Notes: a model not told the origin generated them from the letters alone. Shown: positions 11,604-24,759, counted from the first letter of the stretch. The stretch is DNA of 64,000 bases from Chara braunii (GCA_003427395.1 BFEA01000035.1:4799343-4863342), one strand, 5' to 3'. Translations and numbers: made by a program.

Positions 11604-12638
11604 GCTCGGCCGGGGGGGTACGTTGACGGGCGCCCGGTAGCGCTCCGCAGCGTACCGTCGGCGGCTGTTTCGCCGGCACTTTCTTGTCATTCCCCTGCGT
11701 CCCCAGCACAGGAATGAGGCAACTACCACCTCGCGTCAATTCGTTGACGCCAACCATAGCCAAGTGCTTGGGAGGTATAGGAGTCATCTGAGAGTCCCTG
11801 AGAGCCACCTGGTACTATGTGAATGATGTGAAGCTGGCGAGCGCTACGGCGCCCGTCTGAGAGATACCATAGGATGGAAGTGACAAATTCATGGGAAGTT
11901 AGTTTGATAATCAATGAATGAGGTGCGAGGGAGCGGGCGGGGCTGTTTATTGATATGGCATCGAGATATGAGATGTGGTATTGAGGGGGCGTCATGATAG
12001 TTGCATTAGACTTTTGCGTGGCGGCAATAACGGCACAGCAAGACGCCTTTGCATCCTAATTTGGCCTCGTTGTTGAATGGAAATACCAGGAGGCGAGGGG
12101 AGTTCTTCATCCTCCTTACTTACCATGTGGGACAAGTGTAGTCTCCAAGGGACTCCGGCGAGCAGCAGTCAAGTGGAGGGAGCCGGCGGTGCGTATGGAT
12201 TCAGCCTGGAAGGGTAAAACTCATTCACACAACCCTGTAGTTCGGCTTTTCTTAAAAAAACTGGTTATGTCTAGTAACTTGAGCTTCGATAAGGTCTCGC
12301 TATATGCTGACAGTACTCCGTAGGGTTATTTTTGCTTTACGTAATCACCGTACTTCCTGTCGATCCAATGGACTAGGTGCCCACGTTCTTACTGATAGAA
12401 GTAGCGGGCCTCGACTGACGCGCTTCGGAAGATTTAGCTGCGTACTGGTAATTAACAGCAATATCGATTTGGCATGACCCTCGTATTTTGCTCGTTTGAG
12501 CAATGGATTGAGCCCCATATTTTTTTGGAAGAATTTGACCTCGACTAACACGTAGCATTCAAGTGTTCCTCAAGAACGGATTACGTCTTACTCTGTCCCA
12601 GTTGATTCAGATCGGCACTGCCTCTCATTCGCACCAAA

Positions 12639-15152
12639 ATGGACCCCTCATCCAATTCAGAGGAGGAGCGCATTAGAGAGATGGTCCAAAAATGCTTTGA
12701 GGACGGAATTTTTCCCGAAGGGTTAGACCATGGATCATGCGTAACTGACGGAAGGACGGCAACGATTACACTTAACCCCGTTCTGGATGATGTAGTAGTC
12801 AAATGGCTGAAGGAAAGGACAGTTGTTGTCATTTTCCAAGGGGATGCGAGGGATTTGCCAAATAAAATTAAAGAAATGTTAATTCGTATTTATGAGGACG
12901 GTTGGTATGCTAACCCTAGTGTCAACCCTTCACTGAAAAGGGGGAGGGTCAAATTTGAGGGTTCTAGCGTTTTTTCGTATGTCGCAACCACAAAGGACAT
13001 CGCTGAGTTTATGATTCAGAAAGGGGCCGACACGATCGTGTTTAAGGATCCCCAAACTCCGGGGAGCCCTGACATTCACTACTCAGTCCAATTTCGGCGT
13101 TGGTCAACAAAAAAGGAATTGGATGATATTCGAGCACAGGAAGCGGAATGGGTTATGGCCATACGGGTTTCCCTTCGCGCCATGTTTCATCTTCATTGGG
13201 CGGTGGAAAACTCCATGGCCAAGATCCTGAAAACATACCCACCGCAGAAGGATAACCACTTCCCTAGATTGATGAATGTAAAAATGGATCTGGCCCCGGA
13301 GGCGAGGCAGTTGTGGAAGGAGAAATTGGAATTTGAAAAGGATGGGGAAGTTTTCAAACTTGAATTCATATCTCAGGCAACGGACTGGTGTAAGAAATGA
13401 AAGTGGTATTATCATACGGAAGATAGCACGGCCTGCCCACGACACCCACAGCATTATATGCACGCTCAGGGCAACGCTCAAGGATCTACCTTCATGGGGG
13501 AGGGGTGGCATCGAAACAGAAGACTCAGCAACCTAGCTCTTCTCGTTCCTCTGGCCCGGCTTCGGCTGCGGTCCAGCCCCCTCGCCCCCCTTTGTCGACA
13601 ACTTTCAGTCCACTTGGCATCCCTGCGTTGGGCGGACTGCCTCAACCACAGCATGCTAACCAGCCGAGCATTCTCATGCCAAGATCTACACCCGGGCCGA
13701 CCCAAGGGGCGTTTCCTCAGTTTGTAGTAACCCAGCAGTTCTAGGGAGCCTTCCGGGGCCCGTCTTTGGTGACCCCTACTGGCCCAGCACCTGTAGTCCC
13801 ACCTGGGTTTCAGTTTTGTCCTTCCTATATACCGCCAGGGTTTGGGGTGCAATTGGGTCCGGGGCTGTGTAACGGGAAGTTCTATATGTCTGGGCCAATA
13901 ATGGGGGGGGGATCTCCAACGTTCAGCGGCAGCAGATCGAATCCCATCTATGAACCAGAACCACCACCCCCAGGGGGGTCATTCACTTCACCCCCGAGCA
14001 GTCCTACACGGTCCCAGCAAATGCCACAGCAACAGCAACAGCTGCTGGGCAAGGGGGCAGGAGGGCCTACGCCCACGCCAATGATGCCGGTCACTTCCCA
14101 ACAGATGTCGGTTGGGTTCCAACAAATGCCGGCTGCTTCTCATCAAATGCCGGTCGGGGTTCCACAGAACCCGGTAGTGTCGCATCATTCGGGGCCAGGA
14201 GTCATACCGCCAGGAAGTGGGGTAGGACATACTCCTGCAATGACCCTGGGTAATCTGTTTTTGCAGACAAACGCTTCAGAGGGTGCAGCGGGGGGCGCGG
14301 TGCCCTCCGCTGCGGAAGGTGCAGCGGGGGGATTAACAGAGCAGCTCCCTCTGAGAGGTAGCAAGTGTTCGACAAAGCAACGGCGCACTCAGCTAGATGG
14401 ATTAGATGAGGAGAAATCCTCCCGCTCATTTGGCTTTTCCGATGGAGAGTCGTCCGCCTCATCTGTCGTGCCTGCAGCTGAAACTCTGTGGAATCTGAAC
14501 TTGGACCCAGGGAAGGAACCCGACATGGCCAATGGCATGGGCATGGCCTCAATTCCCAAGGAATTAATTAATTCCTCCAAAAGAATAGTGCCGATTATTT
14601 GTATTCCTGATACACAGGGGGCGTTAGTTATGGGGTTTGATAAGGGTAACAGATGTGTGGGGCTAGCCTCCTTTTCCACGGAGTCACCGCAATGAGACGA
14701 TTCTGACCTGTGTAAAGAGATTGCTGAGGAACAGATTCCCTTGCCGTGTTGTTCCGAATGTTACAATGGGGAGAGCAGTTCGTCAACATCCGGCAGGGGT
14801 GTGCCACCGTCTGTACGTCCCGTATGTGGACCTTCGCCTCCCTCCTGATGCCTTCCCAGTGCTTGAAAGTGAAGGTGTAGTCTGGGACCCTGGCAGATGG
14901 TTTGATAAGGTGGACAATCCGAACTTGAAAGGCATCTTCTTGGAAGATGGCCTTCCAACGGATTTCGTTGCTGAATGCAATTTGAAATTACGTGGTAGGA
15001 ACTTGTCATCTCCCTTTTTCAGGGACAGCCTAACTACTCAGTGGACTGCCCCCCAGGAAGGGGCTGAGATGGGTCGGAGAAGGAAAATCCCAGGGGGTGC
15101 GAGGGGAACTGGTCAAATCCATGAACATTGCGACCAGACCCAGGGGTCATGA
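12639..15152 (+). pseudogene. LINE A ORF1: RRM-like N-terminus, CCHC knuckle, Pro/Gln-rich linker, C-terminal conserved domain
   Basis: ORFs 12639-13400, 13505-14695 and 14721-15152 joined across stops/frameshifts; WCKK*KWYYHTEDSTAC knuckle aligns with LINE B WCRKCRWYFHTEENC. Confidence 0.8.
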
Positions 15153-18100
15153 ACCAGATCCCGTTAATATCATGGAATGTTAGGGGGCTGGGGGATAACA
15201 ATGGGAAAGAAAAACGAGGGCGTTTGAAAGCATTGATACATTCCAAAAGGGCGCAAATCGTCTGTCTGCAAGAAACTAAGTTGGATTCAGACAAGATTGC
15301 AGCACTGGGAAAATGGTGGGATGGCCCACAACTGTGGGCGCCGGCAGATGGGATGAAAGGTGGCACGCCAATCTTATTTCACTGAAATCTGGACTTTGAC
15401 TGGGTAGATGAATGCATAGACAATTGGGGCAGGTGGGTTTGGGTAAAAGGCATCATCACAGAGGAATCATGGGCAATAATGTATGTGTATGCACCGTCAG
15501 ATAGGCGCGAGCGGTTACGCTTCCTAGTTGAATTGGAAGAGGTGATTCCGGATGTAGACAACCTGATCCTTGTCGGGGATTGGAACACTGTTCTAAACCC
15601 GGGCATTGATACTTTGATGAATAGACCGGTTTACATGGACGCCAGACTCTTGATGACCTTAATGGAAAAGATGGGACTGGTGGATGCTTTTCGGGTCACA
15701 CACCCCAATGACTATGGTTTCACCTGGCACCCGGCCAGGAGACTGCGCACTACTCCAGGAACGGTGAATGTAAGTCTGAAGAGTCAACGCCGCATTGACA
15801 TGGTGCTGGTTAGAGCCTCGGCATGGGACTGTTTACTTTCAGTCTCTATAGAAGCACATCCTATGTCTGATCATTATCCCTTGTCCGCTCGCTTCGCACC
15901 AGGCTCATGCTACGATAGGGAACGTGGCTACTTCAGACTCAACACCGAGAACCTGGAGGACCCTGGCATAAATAATTGGGTGCGGGATCAGAATGCAGCA
16001 TGGCAATCCACTAAGGATGTATTCCCAACAAAAGGGGAATGACTTACTACGGGGTTAAGGGTAATATCCAAAGGTCTAGCTCTCCTATCTATAATCAAAG
16101 CTTACCAGAGGAAGAAAGAGGAACGTACTTGCAAGCAGAAGATCGAGGAGGCAGAAAAGGAGCTGGGCAAACACCCGGCATCAGATGTCTTTTGGACCAG
16201 AGAGCGTACTAGATGGCTCTTGAAATGGGAGGAAATACAGATAAGGAAACAGAAAGTATGGCAGGACAGATGCAGGGTCAAGGGGATGTCTAAACTAGAC
16301 AATATATCTAAGGAGACTTTTGCGCTAGTAAACAGACAGAACACACAGCACCGTATGATGAAAGAACTCGCTCATCCGTTTGATACGAATCTTCGCAAGA
16401 GTTCAGAAATAGCCCGGATGTGTGACTACGTTGTTACTTACTTTAGTGACATCCTCACTTCACGTAAGCCTCCTGAGGAGGCTGATTCTGATCTATCTCT
16501 GTCTTCAACTTTTTGGTCCAATACTATAACGCGTATCCCTTGGGAAGGCAGACTTGTGCTGGATAGACCAATATCCTCCGAAGAGCTAACCTACGTAGCG
16601 AATCAGATGGCGAAAGGCAAGGCCCCAGGGGAGGACGGGCTCCCTGTTGAATTATTTCTGCTATTCTGGAACCTTTTTTGCAATGATCTAGTCCAGATGT
16701 ACAATGGCGCCCTATTAGGAGAGAAACTTCCCCCCAGTCTGACGAAAGGTATCATTGCATTGCTGTATAACAAAGGTGACAAGAGTAATATTCGCAACTG
16801 GCGTCCGATCTCCCTTTTGAATACAACCTACAAACTTTTGGCGAAATCCTTGGCGATCAGGTTGGCAGCATACCTACCTCTCTTGGTTGGGGTGGACCAG
16901 GGAGCTTTTGTCAAAGGCAGGTCAATCTTAGACAACATTGTCACAGTAATCGAGTCAATGGAAATAATTACAGAGGAAAATCTTGATGTGACGGTCCTAC
17001 TCCTGGACTTAGAAAAAGTTTATGACAGGGTTAGTTGGGCGTTTATTTTGACTACTCTTAGGCACATGGGCCTGGACCCTAACTTCTGCGCACGGGTGAA
17101 AGTGCTGTATTTTCACGCGTCAGCTTCTGTCATGATCAATGGAAGGATCTCACTGCCCTTTCCGCTGACTCGCTCACTGCGACAAGGCTGCCCCTTGGCA
17201 CCACTCCTATTTGTCCTACAAATGGATGTGCTGCTTAATAATGTGAGGAATAACCCGTCTGTTGTTGGTTTACGAACTCGGCATCAACAGCAATTCAAGG
17301 GAAGCGCCCTTGCTGACGATCTTACAATAGTATCTAGAAATACGGTAAGTTTGCTAACTGCAGTTAGGGAGACTTTAGTAAAATATTGTTTCTTATGTGA
17401 AGCTCAAGTAAACTGGTCAAAGTCAGTTTTTTTTCTGCCCGAACAATATGGGATCTGCGTGGATTTTGGTATGAAGAAGATTCCGGTTGATTCCGCGGAG
17501 AGATTCTTGGGAGTGCAGGTGTCTCTGCAGAATTGCGCTGAGTCACAAGACAAGATGATCTTTGCCAAAGTAGAACAAAAAATATTAAAATGGAAATCAG
17601 TGTACGGTCTCTCACTTTTCGGCAGGGCACTGATCTTGAATGCCTCAGTTTTCTCCCAGATGTGGTACGAAGGCACAGTCAGGCCTCTTGGGAAGAAATC
17701 GGCGCAATTCATTAGGTCGGTGTCTGCAAAGTATGTCTGGAAACCGTAAGTGGAGGAAGGGCAGGGACACATGTCGAAACTGTCCTGGGACAAGGTCACA
17801 ACGACGAAGGAGGAGGGGGGCCTGGCGATATTAGATCCAATGCGCCAAAACAAAGCCCTCCTCTGCAAATGGCCCTTCAGGGCAGTTCTTGACACAGAGA
17901 ATCGTAGTTGGGTGACCCTAGCAGAGTATATCCTAGCTAAAGATTGGGGGTTGTGCAATGGGGAGGACGTGTGGTTGTTAATGACACTGCCAGCATATCA
18001 GCGATGGAAACCAAAGTCTCCCTTCTGGAATGGCGTTATTCAGGCCTGGCGTTCACTAGCCCCAGGGCCCATCAGAGCTCCACGGTCTCATGATGAAGTA

Positions 18101-19378
18101 CTTCGGCAGCCCTTATTCGAGAACGCTGGTATCAAGAATCAAGACGGGCAGACCTTTGCAATTACCGACAGAGGAAGTTTTGGCAGGGCATGGGTGGAAA
18201 GGGGAGTGCTCAGGGTTGAAGATATGTGGGATGATTCGCGTAAGACTTGGAGGAGTGTGGAGGAATTGTGGGAGAAGTTAGGAAGATTGTGGCACGTGGA
18301 AGCAAGAAGAGAAGCTCTGATTCAAGCTATCCCAGACGGATGGAAGCAGTTGTTGGGGGTGGAAACGGAAGAGGGGCAGTGGTATCGACCTGCCCTGAGT
18401 CTAGGTGGCGATCTTCAAATTTATAAAAAGACTGGCCAAGGGAAAGTGGAGGTGTGGGAGAGATGCAAGACATAAGGTATTACCTTGAGCACCCTGGTGT
18501 TCAAAGAGGAGAGGGAACTGCCGACCTCTTGCCTATTGGAGGAAGTCAGAATCTTTATGCAATTCTCAGCTGCAGGACCTCCTCAACCGGTATTGCATAT
18601 GGACGGTACCCCGATACGACAAATGCGGTTGGATATTGGCCAGTATGGCTGGCCGAAATCAAGAGGCCGGTTGGAACTTCATCAATACACACCTAAATTG
18701 GGCATGGTATCGCAGCGGCTTGAGGGAAGTACGACTCGGAAGATTCAGGAAGCTCTCCCTGCATCTGTTACAGGTTTAACCCTGTCCGTCGAATATTACA
18801 AGGAGAAGTGGAAAGTAGTGTGGCTGATTACCCACGCCGCCCCACTAGACGCAGTGGCATTGTTCAGCAGAGGAATGGATGTGGATGTGAGATGTGCAAG
18901 ATGTCACATACACCCAGAAGACTCAACACATCTGTGGGGGACCTGCCCTCTGTCATTCCGAATATGGAAGTGGTGGGCTTACCATTGGAAGGCAATGGGC
19001 GGCCCAGCAGAAGTGGAATGGGATCTGGAATGGGCAATAATTGTGCAACTTAGATTGCCGTTGGAAAGTGGTAAAGGGTGGGGATATGTAGCCACTGCAA
19101 TTCGGTCACTGGTTATCTGGTGGATTTGGAAAGAAAGGAACTCTGTTCTTTTCCAATGCAAGTATTTCTCTGATTCAGCGTTGAAGAGTGGTATGAAGAC
19201 CACACTTAGGCATATGATTATGGTGGACTGGAGGAACAAAGTTTTGACACGGACAGGGGAAGGACGGCAGAGAGCGAGACTGTGGTTCCTGCGTTCATGG
19301 GCCAAAAAAAACCGACTGGTGGCTGTCTCAGCAACAACAGGGAGATCAGTGTTTTCCCCATGGTTGAGAATAGATTAG
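15149..19378 (+). pseudogene. LINE A ORF2: APE endonuclease plus reverse transcriptase, with premature stops
   Basis: SWNVRGL, CLQETK, VYAP, GDWN, RRID, SDH (endonuclease); KAPGEDG, WRPISLLN, DLEKVYD, RQGCPLAP, LADD (RT); GGLA; C-terminal CARC...HLWGTC. Confidence 0.95.
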
Positions 19379-19853
19379 TTAGACTTAATGGCATCAGTGG
19401 ATCTACTGGGGTTTTAATGGTTTTCGTTTAGCATGGGAGTAAGGGGTAATGGGGAATGACGGGGTCCGGGTTTTGGGTTTCTGGGGTAAAGCAGGTTTAA
19501 GGCGGAATCGACCTGTCACTCGGTGGTTCCTTATGCCTTATCAGTCGGGGTAGTAACTAGGCTGGGGGCCCGTGTTAGGGCCAATGGGGCCGTCATTTTC
19601 GAGTGAGTTGTCTGTCAGTTTTGTTTGTTGGCCAGGTTGGTCTGGCCTCGTGTGTGCAGCCTTTCGTTTTGTGTGCCGGGTTGGTCTGGCAAAACATCTC
19701 TGCTCTCGAATCCGGGTAGATTTGTGAGGACCCCGGCCTCCGTATTGTCACTGTTATTAAATACATTGATGCCTTTTTTTTTTTTTTTTTTTTTAATAAA
19801 AAAAAAGCCACGTGCCTGACTGAACTGCAGTTACAAACTCCACTCTGCGACTT

Positions 19854-20612
19854 TTGGAACGATACAGAGAAGATTTGCATGGCCCCTGGGGCCTGGACCC
19901 ACTAGCAAGGTATTCTACCACGCCGTTCAGGATTTCGATCATGTGTGGCATCGAGAACTACGGCCGTCGAATACATCGGATCTCGACGGCCTGGTAGTTT
20001 CCGAGCGGGGACTGTAAAGATGCCCACCTCCCGTCCAATGAGATGCGTTGGAAAAAAAAAAAAAAAAAAAGTTGGACTAACTTGGACATGATAGCTCGTG
20101 GCTTTGNGTGGGNGGGAAGTCTGGATTTTATGGGCTNTAANGGGGGGGGGTTGATTTCCAGACTTCGTTTTTTTTTTTTTTGGCTCTGAGAAATAGAACT
20201 TGAAATGTGAAATTCGAATATTGTGGTGGATCTGACAGGAACGCTTCCGCGTCTGTCGGATGGCCTGCTAAAGGCATCATGAGATACATGGCGAGGAATG
20301 TATCCCAATACCCGTTACTTGTTCATGCTCGTGAATGTGTTCGTGGACACATTTTATTGCCACGGTACATCACTATGAAGACTTACGTGAAGGAGATAGT
20401 ACCAACCCATGAATTCGGGTGCACAGCTGTTCTTCATAGTTTTGTGCTATTTCAATTCACTTCATGCAAATAAAAAATCACTTTGTATTTTTCAAAAAAC
20501 CATAAAACTGTGTCACACGTCGTAGAATACTTCGCTAGTGGGTCCAGGCCCCTGCGGAAGGATGACACGCATAAATAGAGAAATGGTCCAAACTTTATAA
20601 AAAAAAAAAAGA
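19854..20612 (+). pseudogene. U6: Polyadenylated U6 snRNA retropseudogene split by a MITE
   Basis: TTGGAACGATACAGAGAAGATTTGCATGGCCCCTG (19854-19888) continues as CTGCGGAAGGATGACACGCATAAATAGAGAAATGGTCCAAA (20552 onward), then an A-tail. Confidence 0.9.
19889..20551. mobile_element. PIF/Harbinger-like non-autonomous element inserted in U6
   Basis: TIR GGGCCTGGACCCACTAGC / GCTAGTGGGTCCAGGCCC; 3-bp TSD CTG. Confidence 0.9.
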
Positions 20613-21133
20613 AAAACAAAGAAAAATTCGGAGTTCCTACTACTGCATTTGAAACTCAGGCCCGGACTACAGTGCAGAAACCCTGTTTGGAATGCATTTA
20701 GAAACTGCTTTCGTGACAGCGCCTTAGTTACCCCCTGAAAAAAAAGTAAATTTGCACAGGAAACAAATAAAGGGGAAAAAAAAGAGAAAAAGCAGGGGGT
20801 TCCCCAGGGGAATTTGTTGGCAGACTTTTGGCCTTGCCACACTACTGTAACAGTGGAAGCCCACACCACTGTGGAAACGGAAAAAGTACGAGTGCATCTT
20901 CACGTAGCGAGTGGCAAGATGCATCCATTACTATAAATAGCGAAGGATGCATCTTACCTCTTTCTAGGGAAGACGCACTTAGTCTAGTTCTTTTCTCTTT
21001 TCCACAGTGGTGTGGCGAGGCCCTTACAGAAGTAGCACCCCCCACTACAGCTTGTAAATAGACCAAAAGAAATCTTCTGAATGCACTGAGAAAGGAGGCT
21101 ATTTACAAGGAGAAAGGAGGCCCTCTTCTTTAA

Positions 21134-21338
21134 ACCACCAGTACTTGGCCCATTATATGTCAGTGGCGGGGCGTTGTCTTTAACGCCCCCCAAGTTTCGG
21201 CGGCTGGGGATAACGGACCTGAAAGGCTGATGCCGCCAGCCAAAACAATTTTTTTTTGTTTCGCTGGGGGGTCTGCACTCAACCGCGCGCAGGGCATATT
21301 CAGGCTCAGCATCTATAGCTGGGCCAAGTACTGGTGGT
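21134..21338. mobile_element. MITE with TTAA TSD (piggyBac/Kolobok-like)
   Basis: TTAA|ACCACCAGTACTTGGCCC...GGGCCAAGTACTGGTGGT|TTAA. Confidence 0.85.
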
Positions 21339-21559
21339 TTAAGGTAAATACATTCGCCCTGCAGTGCACTCAGCCACCAACGCATTGTGGATTTAAAAGG
21401 AACCGCGTGTGCACGGTTCAACAGAGGTTCTTTTGTTTTTTTTTTGTTTTAGAAGTAAATTTTTCGATGTGGAGCCCCTCCTAAGTTACACAAAAGTGCT
21501 CATCGAAATGGACATTTGTATTATTTTCAGGGGAGAAAGAAGAAATCCTCAAGCTACTA

Positions 21560-22439
21560 CCTTCTTAACCCCAAAAAAACGTACGTTCTATTCGAATTAC
21601 CTCTGGAAATCGGGTTTTCAGAAATCGCTTGTTTTTCCCCAAATAGAACGTACGTTCGAATATAACGTACATACGTTGTATTTGAATATAACGTACATAC
21701 GTTGTATTCGTTGCATTCGAATTTTTGGAACTTTGATTTTTCAAAAATAATCAAAAAAATCCGAGAAAAATAAAATGTTATACAACAATGCAATACAAAC
21801 AACGTTTGCCTGAGGGTCTTATCGCAATTCACGAGAAAATTCGAGAAAAAAATAAAAACGTGGATGAAAATGTTTTTTACTGATTTTTTCATTATTTCGA
21901 TTTAAAAAAAAAAACTTCAGTAAAAAATCGGAAAAAAAAAGTAGAGAAAACTATGGCGCAGTCAGGGTTTGAGTTTGTAATTGCACTTGAGGCAAAAGGG
22001 CCGGTAATGGTGAATGTATATGACCTACGTTTTGGGTCCGGTGGGGTCGCGTTGGGGGGGTGTTGTATTCGCGGGATTGCCTGAAGTGCAATTACAAACT
22101 GTTTTCGTGACTGCGCCGAAGTTACCCCAAAAAAGTATGTTGTACAACATTGCAATGCAGACAACTTACAGATTTGTACAATGTAAGGGACGCTGGACAG
22201 GGTTTCCAGCAGGTGCAGCTCCCCACCAATAGATGGAGTGACCCATTAAAAAAAAAAAAAAAAAAAAAAAATCCCAACCAAATTTGAGATAAAAATAAAA
22301 ACAATGGCGGTACTACAGGCTTCTGAGAAGTTGTACCCAAAAACTCGTTCCATACGTACGTACGTTGTAAACACATACAACGTACCCGGTACGTTGTATT
22401 TGTATACAAGGTACGTACGTTTTTTTCGGGTTAAGAAGG
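21560..22439. mobile_element. TA-flanked TIR element (Tc1/mariner-like) with nested insertions
   Basis: TA|CCTTCTTAACCCCAAAAAAACGTACGT ... ACGTACGTTTTTTTCGGGTTAAGAAGG|TA; ACGTAC subterminal repeats; contains a MITE at 21955-22117 and a retro-tail at 22187-22271. Confidence 0.7.
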
Positions 22440-22796
22440 TAGGCAGACAGCTGCAGCAATCGACAGAGCAACGGCGACAAAGATGCGGGATATGGACTCA
22501 CACGGAATACTGGTAGAGACAGTCTGCACACCCGAAGGTGGAAGGGGCCCAGGGGTGAGATAGCCACTCCCTCTTCAGAAGAAGAACATAAAGGCTTGCT
22601 CAGAACAGGGGCTGAAGTCAGGTAGATATGGGCCTTCTCTCTGACCATAGGGAAACGGAAGGAACAGCGAGGGGGGAAGAGGGGTCGAAGCCGGTGGTTA
22701 AGGGGCCCCGTCAGTACAAAAGGGAGAGGAAGAAACACAGACAGACAGAAACGTACACAGGAAACGACGGCCAGCAGTAGGAAGGCAAGACTACTA

Positions 22797-22901
22797 CCGT
22801 CTTCACCTGAATACAATGTACGGTCATTATAGCTGTATTTGGGGCAACTTCGAGTCTTGATACAGCAATAATGACCGTCCGTTGTATTCAGGTGAAGACT
22901 A
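22797..22901. mobile_element. Tc1/mariner-type MITE (~105 bp)
   Basis: TA-flanked hairpin, same family as 59573-59677 and 60159-60263. Confidence 0.8.
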
Positions 22902-23043
22902 TACTACACAGCAAGGACCCCAGCATTGCACTGTATTACTGGGAAGCAGGGTCTGGTTCTACAGCGGGTACAAGGAAGGGGTAGAAACAGAGTGAAGCAC
23001 AAGGACTATAGGAAACAAGGGTCCCTCAGTGGTATGAGGACCG

Positions 23044-23665
23044 TCAGGAGTACGACTCGTGGGCTGTGCACGAGGACCGTTTTGCCTCTTCCCAGTATCG
23101 CATATTCAGTTTGTGTGCTGGTCTGTCATCAGTCAGCAAAAAGATCTTCATGAGGGTCCATTCGGTCAGGAAGCAGAGTTTTTCTTTGACCTCTTCACTG
23201 TTGGTGAGCGAGAGGGCAGTAACTGTTTCCATTTCCACATCGTTGAGTGGGGCTGGTTGCTGCTCCACAAGGTGCTGCTGTGGCGGGGTGACGTGTCCTT
23301 CTCCTGGGGTGCCTGCAGACCCTGCGGGTCCCCTGGCGGAGCGGAACACTGGCAGGGAAGCACTACATGATGTTGGTCCTGGGGGTAGGGTAGCACTAGG
23401 TGGTTGTGTTGTTGTTCCTGGATCTACAGCTGCCTCTGCCTTTCCATCTCCTGCTGCCAGTAGTCTCGTAGCTGCTAGCCTGCTGCTACTGCTGTTGCAC
23501 CACTTGCTGTTGTTACACACAAAGGTGTTGCTGCCACTGTAGATGGAGATGGTGTACGGTCTGTTGCTGCTGCATCTGGAGCTTTTGCTGGTGTTGTCGT
23601 TGATATTAGGCCAGTCCATCATGCAGCAGTAGGAGGATTTGTTCCTCAATGTACCCGTGTTGGGG

Positions 23666-23703
<38 letters not shown>

Positions 23704-24469
23704 GCTGTTGCATCTGCCAGTGCGTTTGCAGTAGTAGCAGGTGCTGCTGGCATTGAATGGCATGTTGGAGGGTTTGTTGCTGGTGGTGCTGCTGGGCGAG
23801 GAGCTGCTGTTGTTGCTGGAGAAGTAAGTTATGCTTGGCACTCCTGATCCAGGCGCAGTTGCCTGTGTGCCACTGTGCCTCCTCCTCCTGCTGGCCAAGG
23901 ATTAGTGAGCTTCGCTGCTGTTGCTCACTTCCCTGTAAGTTGTTGTTGTTGGTCGTGCTGCAAAAGGGGGGGGCGGCATTGTGAAGCTGGCGGCCGTGCT
24001 CAGAATGGCCGTGATGTTGCTGTTGGTGTTGGTCAAACAGCTGTTGCAGGTCCTTCTGCCGCTGTTGCATCCCTTCGTCTTCCGGTTGGGCCCCCTGCTG
24101 TTGTTGGTGCTGCAGGCCATGCTCAGACAGGTCATGCTGTTGCTGCTGGTCTTGCAGCTGTCGGGGCTGTGGCAGGTGTTGTAGTTCTGTTTGTCGCTGT
24201 TGTTGTGGCCGCCCATGCTCTGGTGGGACCCCTTGTTGCTGTTGTTCCTGGGTCATCTCTTGTCGGTTTTGTAGCAGCAGTTGTTGCTGCTGGGGTGGCG
24301 ATTGCCCTGTTGGCTGCCCATGCTGTTCCCTTCCGTCGTGGCTCTCCATTTCCAGTGGTTGTAGACTGGACTGTTGGCAATGCTGCAGTTGTTGGAGACC
24401 CAACTTCCCTTGGCCGGATGGATCTGGCTGTGGGTGCACCACCTGTTGGGTTCCACTGTGTTTGGCCAA
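23044..24469 (-). other. Gln-rich low-complexity decayed reading frame (CAG/CAA-rich)
   Basis: 287-aa poly-Q ORF 24469-23606 continues past stops; no domain recognised; includes (GTT)n at 23664-23703. Confidence 0.3.
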
Positions 24470-24759
24470 CTGCTGTTCTGCCTGGTGGGTGTTCTGGGCT
24501 TGGGCGGTGTTGTGCGGGGAATCTGTTTCCAGTCCAGTGGGCTGTTAGTTTGGTCCCCGTGTCATTTTGAGACTCCTTGTTTCGAGTTCCCCGCTCCCCC
24601 TGCTCCTGTCTGGTTTGTCGCGGGTCCTGGTTGTGGGGAAAGGCTGCTCCTTTTATTTTGTTTAATTACCCAGACTCTGTGAGTGTCTTTTGTAGCTCAT
24701 CCGGCTCTCAGTTGATGCTGTTACGCTCAGAGTTTCGTGGATGGTCAATGCCAGAATGA

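Larger units (their letters stand above)
11604..19806 (+). mobile_element. Full-length decayed L1-clade non-LTR retrotransposon (LINE A, ~8.2 kb)
   Basis: TSD AAAAAAAAGCCA at 11592-11603 and 19799-19810; ~1 kb 5' UTR, ORF1, ORF2 (APE endonuclease, RT, zf-RVT-like region), 3' UTR and A-tail. Confidence 0.92.

Noticed and set aside
19854-19888. LINE A as a U6-targeting element
   Set aside because: Its TSD lies in a MITE-like repeat ~45 bp upstream of U6, not inside U6.
21565-22434. piggyBac call from TTAA|CCC...GGG|TTAA
   Set aside because: The inverted repeat extends outside the TTAA to a TA, so TTAA is internal to the TIR.
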